From sequence record LC765218.1: DNA of 64,000 bases; one strand, given 5' to 3'. Position numbers and translations under genes: made by a program. Position 1 is the first letter of the stretch. Every line of letters begins with the position of its first letter. The stretch is from Pseudomonas phage BRkr. The notes beneath the pieces were generated by a model, which searched no databases, was not told where the DNA came from, and saw only the letters and a program-made list of their open reading frames with translations. Positions 50,190-58,949 of the stretch are shown here, piece by piece.

Positions 50190-51656
50190 ATGGGTCTATA
50201 TGCTCAGGTTGTCAATCATGACGAGATGCTCGCTAACCAAAGAGGTAAAGTAGTATTCGCTAATGACTTTAATACCAGCAATGCTGAACAAAAGGAGGAA
50301 TTCCAACGTTATCTGTTCTCCCATTATCAGGATGCAGATGCGATCGAGAACTCAGCTTCGTGTGACTGTGAGCATATCACAGAAGCATACAAGCTTGGGG
50401 TAATCTGCGATAACTGCGGTACACCAGTAGTAAGCACGAGCAACCGACCCATCGTTCCATCGATGTGGATTCGGGCACCGGAAGGGGTGGATCGTCTGGT
50501 GAGTCCCGAGTTGTGGATTATGCTTTCAGGTTATATGTCGATGAAAGAATTCGACTTCCTGGAGTATCTGACCAACACCCAGTATCAGTACGATTACGAT
50601 ACGATCAGTTCGAAGGAAACAAAACGGAAACTTGACAAGTTGCTGGCTCGCCAGTTCCCGCGTGGACTGAACAACTTCGTTCAGAACTTCGATACGATCT
50701 TCCAGTTCTTGCTCGATAGCAGTATCATCAATACCAACAAAGGTGAGATGGCTGCATTCGTTAACCAGAATAAAGAACATCTGTTCCCGAAGAACATTCC
50801 GATCCCAACTAAACTCTGCTTCGTTGTAGAGTCTACGACCTCGGGTGTTTACATCGATAAGCCGATCGGCGCAGCAATCGATGCGGTACTGACTATTAGT
50901 AGTATCGGTAGTTCGGCAATTCCGCTGAAACCAATCACTGTACAAAACCGTGTAGCTCGTGCATTGAAGCTTCTAGCTATCTTCCACGAGAACTACGACA
51001 AACAACGAATTGCACAGAAACCCGGTTTGGTTCGTCGACATGTACTAGGTGGTCGTCTTAACCTGACTGCACGTGCAGTAATTACTTCTATCAGTGATCC
51101 GCATGATTACGATGAACTTCACATTCCGTGGGGTGTTGGTTGTCAGCTGTTGAAGTATCATCTGATCAACAAGCTCAAACGCAAATTCCGTATGACGACT
51201 CGCCAAGCGAACTCGTTCATTTACGAGAACGTTCTGAAGTACAACGAAGTCATCGATCAACTGTTCAAAGAGATCATCGCGGAATCGAAGTATAAGGGTC
51301 TTCCTTGTGTATTCCACCGCAACCCGACTCTGCAACGTGGTTCGACTCAACAGTTCTTCATCACCGTTATCAAGAATGACATTCGCGATAACTCAATCAG
51401 CATGTCGGTCCTCTGTCTTAAAGCTCCTAATGCTGATTTCGACGGCGATCAGTTGAATTTGACGTTGATGCCCGATAACTATCTGGCTGATGCAACTGAG
51501 CGAATCGCTCCGCATACTTGGGTACTAAGTCCTGATGATCCGCACGAGATCTCGGGTAACTTGGAACTACAAGGTCCGGTAGTAGAGACCATCATCAACT
51601 ATGCTCACGAGGACTATCTTCCGTCCTTGGAAGAATGGTTGGCGAAAGCAGCTTAA
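50190..51656 (+). CDS. multisubunit RNA polymerase beta-prime subunit, N-terminal fragment (phiKZ gp55-like, non-virion RNAP)
   Basis: N-terminal zinc finger CDCEHITEAYKLGVICDNCG and the absolutely conserved catalytic Mg-binding loop NADFDGDQ near residue 415. The protein ends about 70 aa later, as in split phiKZ-type beta-prime. Confidence 0.8.
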   Translation: MGLYAQVVNHDEMLANQRGKVVFANDFNTSNAEQKEEFQRYLFSHYQDADAIENSASCDCEHITEAYKLGVICDNCGTPVVSTSNRPIVPSMWIRAPEGVDRLVSPELWIMLSGYMSMKEFDFLEYLTNTQYQYDYDTISSKETKRKLDKLLARQFPRGLNNFVQNFDTIFQFLLDSSIINTNKGEMAAFVNQNKEHLFPKNIPIPTKLCFVVESTTSGVYIDKPIGAAIDAVLTISSIGSSAIPLKPITVQNRVARALKLLAIFHENYDKQRIAQKPGLVRRHVLGGRLNLTARAVITSISDPHDYDELHIPWGVGCQLLKYHLINKLKRKFRMTTRQANSFIYENVLKYNEVIDQLFKEIIAESKYKGLPCVFHRNPTLQRGSTQQFFITVIKNDIRDNSISMSVLCLKAPNADFDGDQLNLTLMPDNYLADATERIAPHTWVLSPDDPHEISGNLELQGPVVETIINYAHEDYLPSLEEWLAKAA

Positions 51657-51676
51657 CGATCCAAGAGGAGTAATCC

Positions 51677-52291
51677 ATGTTACAACAGGCATACGGCGTC
51701 GATCTGATGGACATCGTCGCTGGTGGCCATCTGGATCAAAATACCACGAACTGGTTGGGTGAACGTTCTCAGACACTTCGTAGTAACCTGAGTTCGATGG
51801 CAACTTCGTTCTTCGATCAAGCACAAAATCTTTACCAGATGATCAGTACCAGCACAGCGGTACAGGCGATGCGGAACATTGTTGCTAAAACGGATAACAG
51901 TTGGATGTCTAACAACATTCATGGACTGTATACGTTAGAGCAATTGCAAACCGCAAATCCGATCATGCAACGATACATCATGGCACAAGAACGCCTGCGT
52001 GGTATGTATCTGAACAACATGGTTGAAGGTTATGCTGATTCGTATGTAAACCATCATGGTGATCGTGTTGGCGAACGCCATTACGATTATCGTCGTGTGA
52101 TGGACGAAGTACTGGTTGTCAATGATGACCACACCGTAGTCAAGCAGTTCTACGAAGAAATCCCAGAAGGTGATAAAGAGCTTTCTCTCTACGAGAAGGT
52201 TGATATTCTCCGTTCATGGAATCTTGTGAATGTTGCTCTAGATGAAAACGAAATGGATCCAACCAGTCCTGTAGGGAACTTGTTGGGTTAA
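51677..52291 (+). CDS. hypothetical protein (204 aa)
   Basis: Complete ORF. Confidence 0.5.
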   Translation: MLQQAYGVDLMDIVAGGHLDQNTTNWLGERSQTLRSNLSSMATSFFDQAQNLYQMISTSTAVQAMRNIVAKTDNSWMSNNIHGLYTLEQLQTANPIMQRYIMAQERLRGMYLNNMVEGYADSYVNHHGDRVGERHYDYRRVMDEVLVVNDDHTVVKQFYEEIPEGDKELSLYEKVDILRSWNLVNVALDENEMDPTSPVGNLLG

Positions 52292-52299
52292 CAACATAA

Positions 52300-52328
52300 A
52301 CGGAGTCCCTTAGGGGACTCCTTTATAA
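52300..52328 (+). terminator. intrinsic terminator
   Basis: GGAGTCCC-TTAG-GGGACTCC then TTTATAACG. Confidence 0.5.
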
Positions 52329-52349
52329 CGAGGATATAAGGAATTTAGT

Positions 52350-52772
52350 ATGATCGAACCGGTGTCGTTTAAGGCCGATCCTAATAAAGCACGTCGCCCT
52401 ATTCTCGATAGTTACGCTCAAAAAATACAAGCTCAAAAAGGGCGTATGAATGTAGTAACTTACTGTGCCAATAACCCCGATAAGATGGTTAAGATACATC
52501 GCGACGGTAATAAATGGTATTGTTGTATTGAACGTGATGGCGTCGAAGTAATTGACAAAAATGAAATAATTGTCATGGGTCCCCCTGGATTCCCAGATAC
52601 GATTCAATTACAGATTTCCAATGACCCTAATGATAAAGTACATTTCGTGGAAATTCATGATGGTCGTATTTGGGAAGCAATCAACGCTATCGGTGGCGGC
52701 TATACCCGAAAAAGGATTGAGTTGCCATTCGGACATCCTTTCTTAGACTTCCTTTTCGTGGAGTCCGATTGA
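52350..52772 (+). CDS. hypothetical protein (140 aa)
   Basis: Complete ORF. Confidence 0.5.
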   Translation: MIEPVSFKADPNKARRPILDSYAQKIQAQKGRMNVVTYCANNPDKMVKIHRDGNKWYCCIERDGVEVIDKNEIIVMGPPGFPDTIQLQISNDPNDKVHFVEIHDGRIWEAINAIGGGYTRKRIELPFGHPFLDFLFVESD

Positions 52773-52787
52773 GTCCAATGATGTAGT

Positions 52788-52812
52788 TAGCGGAGTCTTA
52801 GGACTCCGCATA
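52788..52812 (+). terminator. intrinsic terminator-like hairpin
   Basis: GCGGAGTC-TTAG-GACTCCGC. The GGAGTCC stem motif is shared with the hairpins at 43128 and 52302. Confidence 0.4.
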
Positions 52813-52841
52813 CTTTCCTATTATTTTTTTTTGGAGTTGCC

Positions 52842-53246
52842 ATGACAGTCTCTCTCCCAACACTAGGTACTGATGGTTGGATTACCTCAATGGAATCCAA
52901 AGCAGACTACATCATCTCTACTTTCCTTACAACAAATAGGTCCATGTCAACGTTACATAGGACACAAAATACTTCGCTTCAATATCTACTGAAGGAATAT
53001 GCTAACGATATCCTTAATCTGGAAATTCAGCTTCGTGATGTACTAACAAATAAACTACGAACCGTGTTTGGTGAATCAGCTCAGGCTTTGGTTAGTATTG
53101 TTCCAGCGAGTCCAGATAATCCGGATGCATTCTCCATTCAGTTTACAGGTATAGTCACTGATGGTACTAAAGAGTATACAGTGGGTAAACTGGTTCAATT
53201 CCAAAATTCACACATTGTGAATATTGCTAATATCAACAACGGGTAA
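52842..53246 (+). CDS. hypothetical protein (134 aa)
   Basis: Complete ORF. Confidence 0.45.
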   Translation: MTVSLPTLGTDGWITSMESKADYIISTFLTTNRSMSTLHRTQNTSLQYLLKEYANDILNLEIQLRDVLTNKLRTVFGESAQALVSIVPASPDNPDAFSIQFTGIVTDGTKEYTVGKLVQFQNSHIVNIANINNG

Positions 53247-53250
53247 ATAT

Positions 53251-53841
53251 ATGTCGAATCTTGATTCTCAAATGGAAGAAGCACAGGTACTGGTCGATGG
53301 GGAATCAGATGTTAAATCTGCTCCTGACCTTAATGAAACAGATGCACTCATTCAACGAGTGGAACATCTTAATCGCACGGTAGAACGGCTGAGCGAAAGG
53401 CTTCATGTTTCTGAAAAGGCTATTAAACAAATTTTGGAAGCACTGACCCAATCGGAAGATCTACATGAACTCCGTGTCATTAAGATTCTCTCTAGTTTCT
53501 TTGGTGGGTTGAATAATAGCCTTCGTGAAAGTCTTGAGCATATGACTCAAGAAGTATCCACACGTCGTTATGGTTTTACTATTGAAGTTGTTGATGGTGT
53601 TAACGTAACGGCACACGAGAATAGTGTAATTGCAACCAAACGAGAAGATGGTGGTATTGATTTCGCATCTATTAATACCCCCGATCAAATCCAAAACCAT
53701 GGAACCGAACCATTCGTTCAATACCTGAAGCAACATGATGAACTGTTTGAAGGTCAGAATGCAATCGTCATTAATATCCTTGCTTCTAAAGATGCACTTG
53801 AAAAAGTACAAGGAGAATTGAATGAGCCAGTATCAAACTGA
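53251..53841 (+). CDS. hypothetical protein (196 aa)
   Basis: ATG 5 nt after the upstream stop. The track ORF starts 9 codons earlier and would overlap. Confidence 0.45.
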   Translation: MSNLDSQMEEAQVLVDGESDVKSAPDLNETDALIQRVEHLNRTVERLSERLHVSEKAIKQILEALTQSEDLHELRVIKILSSFFGGLNNSLRESLEHMTQEVSTRRYGFTIEVVDGVNVTAHENSVIATKREDGGIDFASINTPDQIQNHGTEPFVQYLKQHDELFEGQNAIVINILASKDALEKVQGELNEPVSN

Positions 53842-54433
53842 TACAGCTGAAGAAATCCGCGCACGTCATGTAACGCGTGGAATCGATGATTGTCTGAATA
53901 CAATCATCGCAAACGACGAGATGCAGTTGCCCATTATCCTGGAAGACAGGTTTGTGAAAGAGGTCTTACCCCTACTAGTAAGACCATGGGATACTGATAA
54001 CTTAACCCGTTATCGGAAATACGTACTAGAATTGACAAATCCTCTGCGTGTAGCTTCTAATGAAGCAGAGCCGAAGATTCTTTTTACGGTACCAGCTTTG
54101 TATCCCAGGCCAGCTACCTCATGGGCAGCCGATGCTACAACTGCATCTATTTCACATGTAGTAGATTACATTGCTATTGAACGTGAACGGTCTCTGCAAG
54201 ATCTTGAACCGTATATCACGGAATTCTTAAGTAGTGTATCTATTACTACAACCGTGGACAAAAGTGTTCTCATTCCTTTAGCTAACATCCTGGCGATGTA
54301 CAACCGCACTTTCGAAGATGAAAGTGGGAATCCATTGTACACCCTCGCCGGGGGTGTTCCCGTTAAAGGGTCTAATGGTAGTGTACGTCAACAGGCTGAT
54401 ACAAGCTCATTTGACGACGATTATGAAGACTGA
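53822..54433 (+). CDS. hypothetical protein (203 aa)
   Basis: Complete ORF. Confidence 0.5.
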   Translation: MSQYQTDTAEEIRARHVTRGIDDCLNTIIANDEMQLPIILEDRFVKEVLPLLVRPWDTDNLTRYRKYVLELTNPLRVASNEAEPKILFTVPALYPRPATSWAADATTASISHVVDYIAIERERSLQDLEPYITEFLSSVSITTTVDKSVLIPLANILAMYNRTFEDESGNPLYTLAGGVPVKGSNGSVRQQADTSSFDDDYED

Positions 54434-55568
54434 TAAAACAAAGTTCCCCGGTACATTTCGATATATAAGCCTAGGTGATATTCACCTAGGTCATCGGACA
54501 ACTCCTACCTCTCATATTCTGTTAAACTTAGATAAAGTTATTACAGATAAGATGTTAAAGGAACTCGATATGGTCATTATTACTGGTGACCTATTCGACC
54601 GACAGCTTAACTACGGTGATGAATCTGTACATCAGATAAACCGTTGGGCAACAACGTTCATGATGCGCTGCGCTGCAAATAACGTGATGCTCAGAATAGT
54701 TGAAGGTACACCTAGCCATGATAGGGAACAAACCCAGTTCTTTGTAGAGCAAAAAGTAAACGTAAATATTCCAGTCGATCTCCATTACTCTAAGACACTG
54801 TCAATTGAGTATATTGAGAAGCTCGATGCACATTTTCTTTATGTCCCAGATAAATGGCATCCATCAACAGCTGTTACTTTATCGCAGGTAAAAGAACAGA
54901 TGGCTTCACTGGGCATAGAGAAGGTTGACTTTGCTATTATGCATGGTGCATTTAGTTATCAGCTACCTTCCATTGTAGAAGAACCAACTCACGATGAAGA
55001 AGAATACTTAGCTTTAGTAAAACATCAGATCTTAATTGGTCATGTCCACAACATGACTATTAATGATAGAATTTACGCAGCTGGTTCTTTCGATCGAATC
55101 TGTCATGGCGATGAGATCGATAAAGGGTTGTTTCATTTTATCGTTCGTGAGGATGGTAATTTCACGGCGACATTTATAAAGAACAAGAATGCTAAGAAGT
55201 ATGTTACTTTAGAAGTTCACGGTTATGATACTAAACAACTTCTTAATAAAGTAAAAGAAACCTTAGCAGAACTACCCAAGTATTCTGCTATACGACTGCG
55301 TTGTGACCCAATGGACGTAGCTAACGGCGATATCGAAACATTTCGAGTTGAGTATCCTAACTACGAATGGTCTGTCTTGGTGGAAAAAGCTACTAAGAAA
55401 AAGAATAGTGTAGCGACAAGTCTAAAAGAATTTGACATGTCTAAGTTTATCGCTATTACACCAGAGACAATTAGTGATCTTCTTAAAGAAGAGATTTCAA
55501 AAGTCACTGATGATCAGACCATACAAGTCCGTTGTCTTGAAAGGTTGGCACAGTTCGTTAGGAATTAA
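54423..55568 (+). CDS. SbcD/Mre11-like calcineurin-type phosphoesterase (DNA repair or recombination nuclease)
   Basis: Metallophosphatase motifs appear in the canonical order: GDIHLG (I), ITGDLFD (II), EGTPSHD (III, GNHD-like), MHGAF (IV) and IGHVH (V). ATG at 54423 overlaps the upstream stop. 381 aa. Confidence 0.75.
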   Translation: MKTDKTKFPGTFRYISLGDIHLGHRTTPTSHILLNLDKVITDKMLKELDMVIITGDLFDRQLNYGDESVHQINRWATTFMMRCAANNVMLRIVEGTPSHDREQTQFFVEQKVNVNIPVDLHYSKTLSIEYIEKLDAHFLYVPDKWHPSTAVTLSQVKEQMASLGIEKVDFAIMHGAFSYQLPSIVEEPTHDEEEYLALVKHQILIGHVHNMTINDRIYAAGSFDRICHGDEIDKGLFHFIVREDGNFTATFIKNKNAKKYVTLEVHGYDTKQLLNKVKETLAELPKYSAIRLRCDPMDVANGDIETFRVEYPNYEWSVLVEKATKKKNSVATSLKEFDMSKFIAITPETISDLLKEEISKVTDDQTIQVRCLERLAQFVRN

Positions 55569-55570
55569 AT

Positions 55571-56398
55571 ATGGAACTCATTGAAAGAGATGTCGGACAG
55601 CTTCCAGTTAGTATCGGTACTTCTCTTGCCTTTGAGGGATTCTTAGGAATTCACCCGAATCAACCTAAGCATCCGATTGACGTTAAATCGGTAAAAGAGA
55701 TATGGGTCAATCTTCGAACATTGGCCCGTAATCTTAATTCAGCTGTAGCTACGGATAAAGTCCATGGCATTAATCCAGCTGATGCTGTTACAATCCTAAT
55801 GCAGGAAATACAGACAATTCCGGTTGCACTGGGGCAACATGGATCGAAAGTCAAGGTGCGTTGGTATATCGCATCTAAAGACGCGGTCAAGTGGGAATAC
55901 CCCAAGGCTATTTATAAAGAAGCCAAAACGCCAAAACAAATGGCATATGAAGTATACGAACGTTACGCGGCAATTGAACTTCTGCATCAAATGAAAGATG
56001 CAGGAATAGAAGTGATGGAGATCGATAAAGCTCCAGTAAGGACCCAAGGTACGATCGCTTTGGTTACCCATTTTCCACATGAGCTATTGTGGAAACAATA
56101 TTTCGATCGTCTTCTTTTGTTGGAATCCCACACTGGGAAAATAAAACCGTACAACTTGTGGTACACCAAGCTTAACGGCATAAAAGAGGATACGCCCATC
56201 CCATTCACTAAATTCACTCTACAAGTGTTTGGCGATAGCGTTGTTTTCGATGCACAACCAAAAGCTATTAAGGCCCAACTGAAACAGTTAGCTGCTTCGA
56301 GACGTTGGTCGCCTGTAACTACACAAGACAAAATCTATCATGACATTACAACTCATGGCAGTAAAGAACTTAAAGAATGTTACGCGCTATTACGCTGA
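55571..56398 (+). CDS. hypothetical protein (275 aa)
   Basis: Complete ORF directly after the nuclease gene. No Walker motifs, so it is not an SbcC/Rad50. Confidence 0.5.
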   Translation: MELIERDVGQLPVSIGTSLAFEGFLGIHPNQPKHPIDVKSVKEIWVNLRTLARNLNSAVATDKVHGINPADAVTILMQEIQTIPVALGQHGSKVKVRWYIASKDAVKWEYPKAIYKEAKTPKQMAYEVYERYAAIELLHQMKDAGIEVMEIDKAPVRTQGTIALVTHFPHELLWKQYFDRLLLLESHTGKIKPYNLWYTKLNGIKEDTPIPFTKFTLQVFGDSVVFDAQPKAIKAQLKQLAASRRWSPVTTQDKIYHDITTHGSKELKECYALLR

Positions 56399-56483
56399 TT
56401 AGAAAGAATACTCTTCATCGATATAGTACGTAGAAACACTTTCGCGAAGTGTAAAAAATTAATCCAATTGGAGCTAACACATC

Positions 56484-57230
56484 ATGTCTCAACAATCCCA
56501 AGGCCCTGCCCTCTCTCCGTTCTCTGTAATGTCCACTTGGCTACATGCTGATCCGGTAGAAGGTTCTCAGAAACGTCCTAACCTGCGTTTCGGTGTCTTT
56601 GGTAACGTACCTCGCCTGACCGTACGTACTAACGTTCAAGGTGATCTGAATAACGGTAAGATTGAATTCAAAACTGACCTGGCTACTTTTGCAGCTGCAA
56701 TGAAGTATGCACGGGATCTTGTCGATGGTAAAGATGTTCCTCAAGAACGTAAGTTTGTTCACCAAGATGACTTTGTTGGCGGTAAAAAGATCGATAAGAT
56801 CATTCCGATCACCACACTGGTAATCGGCCGCGAACAGAACTCTGGTCGTATTTACATTGCTCTTATCTCTTCTCAGCAACAGCGCCCGCGTATTCGGTTC
56901 TTCTTCGGTCCGTCGAAATATCACACCATCCTGAATGGTGATGGTTCCCCCATCTCTCCGAAAGAGATGTCCGAAGCTTACGCTACCGGTTTCCTGGAAC
57001 CGGCCACTGCAATCATTTACCAGATGATGGTAAGCAGTTTTGACCAGAACGCTAAGAACGTAGCCAACCCAGCTAACTTTGGTAACGGTGGCGGCGGTGG
57101 TCAACGTCAAGGTGGCTATAATGGCGGCAACCGTGGTGGTAATAGCGGTGGTGCTCCTCAAGGTTACAATCGTCCGTCCTCCGGTGGTTTCCAGGACAAT
57201 GGCTTTGACGATTCCATTCCTGACTTCTAA
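56484..57230 (+). CDS. putative single-stranded-DNA-binding protein (SSB-like Gly-rich linker and acidic C-terminal tip)
   Basis: C-terminus NFGNGGGGGQRQGGYNGGNRGGNSGGAPQGYNRPSSGGFQDNGFDDSIPDF mirrors the bacterial SSB disordered linker plus DDDIPF tip. The N-terminal domain is not a canonical OB fold by eye. Strongly optimised codons. Confidence 0.45.
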   Translation: MSQQSQGPALSPFSVMSTWLHADPVEGSQKRPNLRFGVFGNVPRLTVRTNVQGDLNNGKIEFKTDLATFAAAMKYARDLVDGKDVPQERKFVHQDDFVGGKKIDKIIPITTLVIGREQNSGRIYIALISSQQQRPRIRFFFGPSKYHTILNGDGSPISPKEMSEAYATGFLEPATAIIYQMMVSSFDQNAKNVANPANFGNGGGGGQRQGGYNGGNRGGNSGGAPQGYNRPSSGGFQDNGFDDSIPDF

Positions 57231-57240
57231 ATAAATCTAC

Positions 57241-57276
57241 AGCATCTCTTTGGTAAACACCGAGAGATGCTGTATG
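57241..57276 (+). terminator. terminator-like hairpin
   Basis: AGCATCTCT, a 13-nt loop, then AGAGATGCT, followed by GTATG. Confidence 0.4.
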
Positions 57277-57293
57277 CCCTCTATTTCCTGACA

Positions 57294-57320
57294 TTAAAAA
57301 ATATCTCAGATCTATATTAC
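57294..57320 (+). promoter_or_regulatory. early-promoter-like element AAAAAATATCTCAGATCTATATTAC
   Basis: AGATCT subclass, 33 nt upstream of the ATG at 57353. Confidence 0.55.
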
Positions 57321-57352
57321 AACTGTGCATCACCAGAACTAAAGAGGTATAA

Positions 57353-58930
57353 ATGCGCATCGACGTTACTGGGGTACAAGGCAACGGCTTTGTGGAAGTA
57401 ACCACTAGCCATAAAGGAAACGAAATCAAGTGGAGTACAAGGGCTTATAGCAAAGTAAAACTCAATGATCCAACTCGTGTTTTCAAGGAATTTAATGATT
57501 ACCTAGAAAGCTGCGATGAGGCTGATCAAGATCGTATCTGGAACAGCTATGTCAAAATCAACGATCTGTTCAAGATGGACTTCGAACCGGCGCACATCTC
57601 CAGTACGCTGATCCATTACATCCATGAACTGTACTCAGCTCTGCCAATGAACAAACTCCGTCGTTGGCTGTTGACTATTGGTAATCTGCATATTCCACCA
57701 GAGATCCAGAAAACGATCACTGATGAATCGCGCTACACCAAGCGTGAGCAGACTTATCTTCAACATGACTACATCAACCTCGCTACTGTGGCACTTGGTC
57801 TTCGACCGATGGTTCCGATTTGGGGAGAATACATTGATTCGGGTACGGATCAAGAACTCCACAAAGAAAACGAAGTTGTTGGTTTGATTAGCCGTTGTGA
57901 AATTGCTAACTGGCCGCTACTTGAAAAAGATGAAGTGGGTGAAGATGTAGATACTGCATTTGACAAACTGGAAGGGTACGTCAAATTCTGCGTTGAAGAT
58001 GAACCGACTACTTTGGGTAGCCTTTGGCGTGGTATGAGTTCAGTTGAAATTCCAGTACATCTTCGTTCGAAGGTTCTGGTTCGCCGACTGACAATCGTTC
58101 CTCTGAACGATCCAATGTCCCACTCTATCGTAGCTAACACGTTCCGTTACGTACGTAGCAATCTCAATCCTGCCGAGCGTAGTCCAACTGATCGCGTTAA
58201 TGAAAAGCGTCCAGAAGGCGGCGGTGGTGACGACGAAGATAAAACTTCGTTTATTGAGGCACACAAGACGAAAGGTCGAGTTAGCCCAGGTGACATTGAG
58301 GCATACAACATCGATGCGATGGATTATGAGCTACTGGCACAAACGGTAGATCCTACTATCGACATGGAGAAACTGAGAAAATGTATTAGTTGCGTGAGTC
58401 AGGTCGCGAACTTTGAGATCCGTCCTCACCAAGTACTACTGGCACAATGGGTAATGGCAAAAGCTTTCCCGGCGCGTGCTTTCTATCATATCTCCAAACT
58501 GCCAGTCAATACACTGTTGGCAACTACCCAGGCTCTACTGTGGCATTGGGGTTACCTTGATGTAGCTGTGTTCCTACAAGTCGAACCTGTTTATCACGGT
58601 GAACATGGATCGACTAATCAGCTTAGTAATACCCGAAGTGGTTCGAGAATTGCTCAGAAGTATAAGGCACAGCTCGATGAACTCTATCCGCATATGAAAC
58701 TCGCTAAGGTCCCCCAATCGGGAGAGATTCCTAAGCCAGATAACATGGCGGGTATTGCAGTGAATAACTGTAACCAGTCCATCCGCTCCTCTACTTGGAT
58801 CTATCATGGTCCACCTGAGCTGTTCAAGCTTTCTGGACAGATTGCTCAGAACAACATTCTGATTCCACCTCCAAATATCAAGCACACGATCACCGAAGTG
58901 GTTCTACACCTCGCTCAGATCAACCAGTAA
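57353..58930 (+). CDS. hypothetical protein (525 aa)
   Basis: Complete ORF with optimised codons. By position it could correspond to the accessory non-virion RNAP subunit gene of phiKZ. That is only a guess from synteny. Confidence 0.55.
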   Translation: MRIDVTGVQGNGFVEVTTSHKGNEIKWSTRAYSKVKLNDPTRVFKEFNDYLESCDEADQDRIWNSYVKINDLFKMDFEPAHISSTLIHYIHELYSALPMNKLRRWLLTIGNLHIPPEIQKTITDESRYTKREQTYLQHDYINLATVALGLRPMVPIWGEYIDSGTDQELHKENEVVGLISRCEIANWPLLEKDEVGEDVDTAFDKLEGYVKFCVEDEPTTLGSLWRGMSSVEIPVHLRSKVLVRRLTIVPLNDPMSHSIVANTFRYVRSNLNPAERSPTDRVNEKRPEGGGGDDEDKTSFIEAHKTKGRVSPGDIEAYNIDAMDYELLAQTVDPTIDMEKLRKCISCVSQVANFEIRPHQVLLAQWVMAKAFPARAFYHISKLPVNTLLATTQALLWHWGYLDVAVFLQVEPVYHGEHGSTNQLSNTRSGSRIAQKYKAQLDELYPHMKLAKVPQSGEIPKPDNMAGIAVNNCNQSIRSSTWIYHGPPELFKLSGQIAQNNILIPPPNIKHTITEVVLHLAQINQ

Positions 58931-58949
58931 AATTCAAGAGGTAAATTAC

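Noticed and set aside
50033-50221. 62-aa ORF in the chimallin 3' region
   Set aside because: It has no Shine-Dalgarno, overlaps the terminator and the beta-prime start, and its composition is unlike neighbouring genes. It is treated as non-coding structured sequence.
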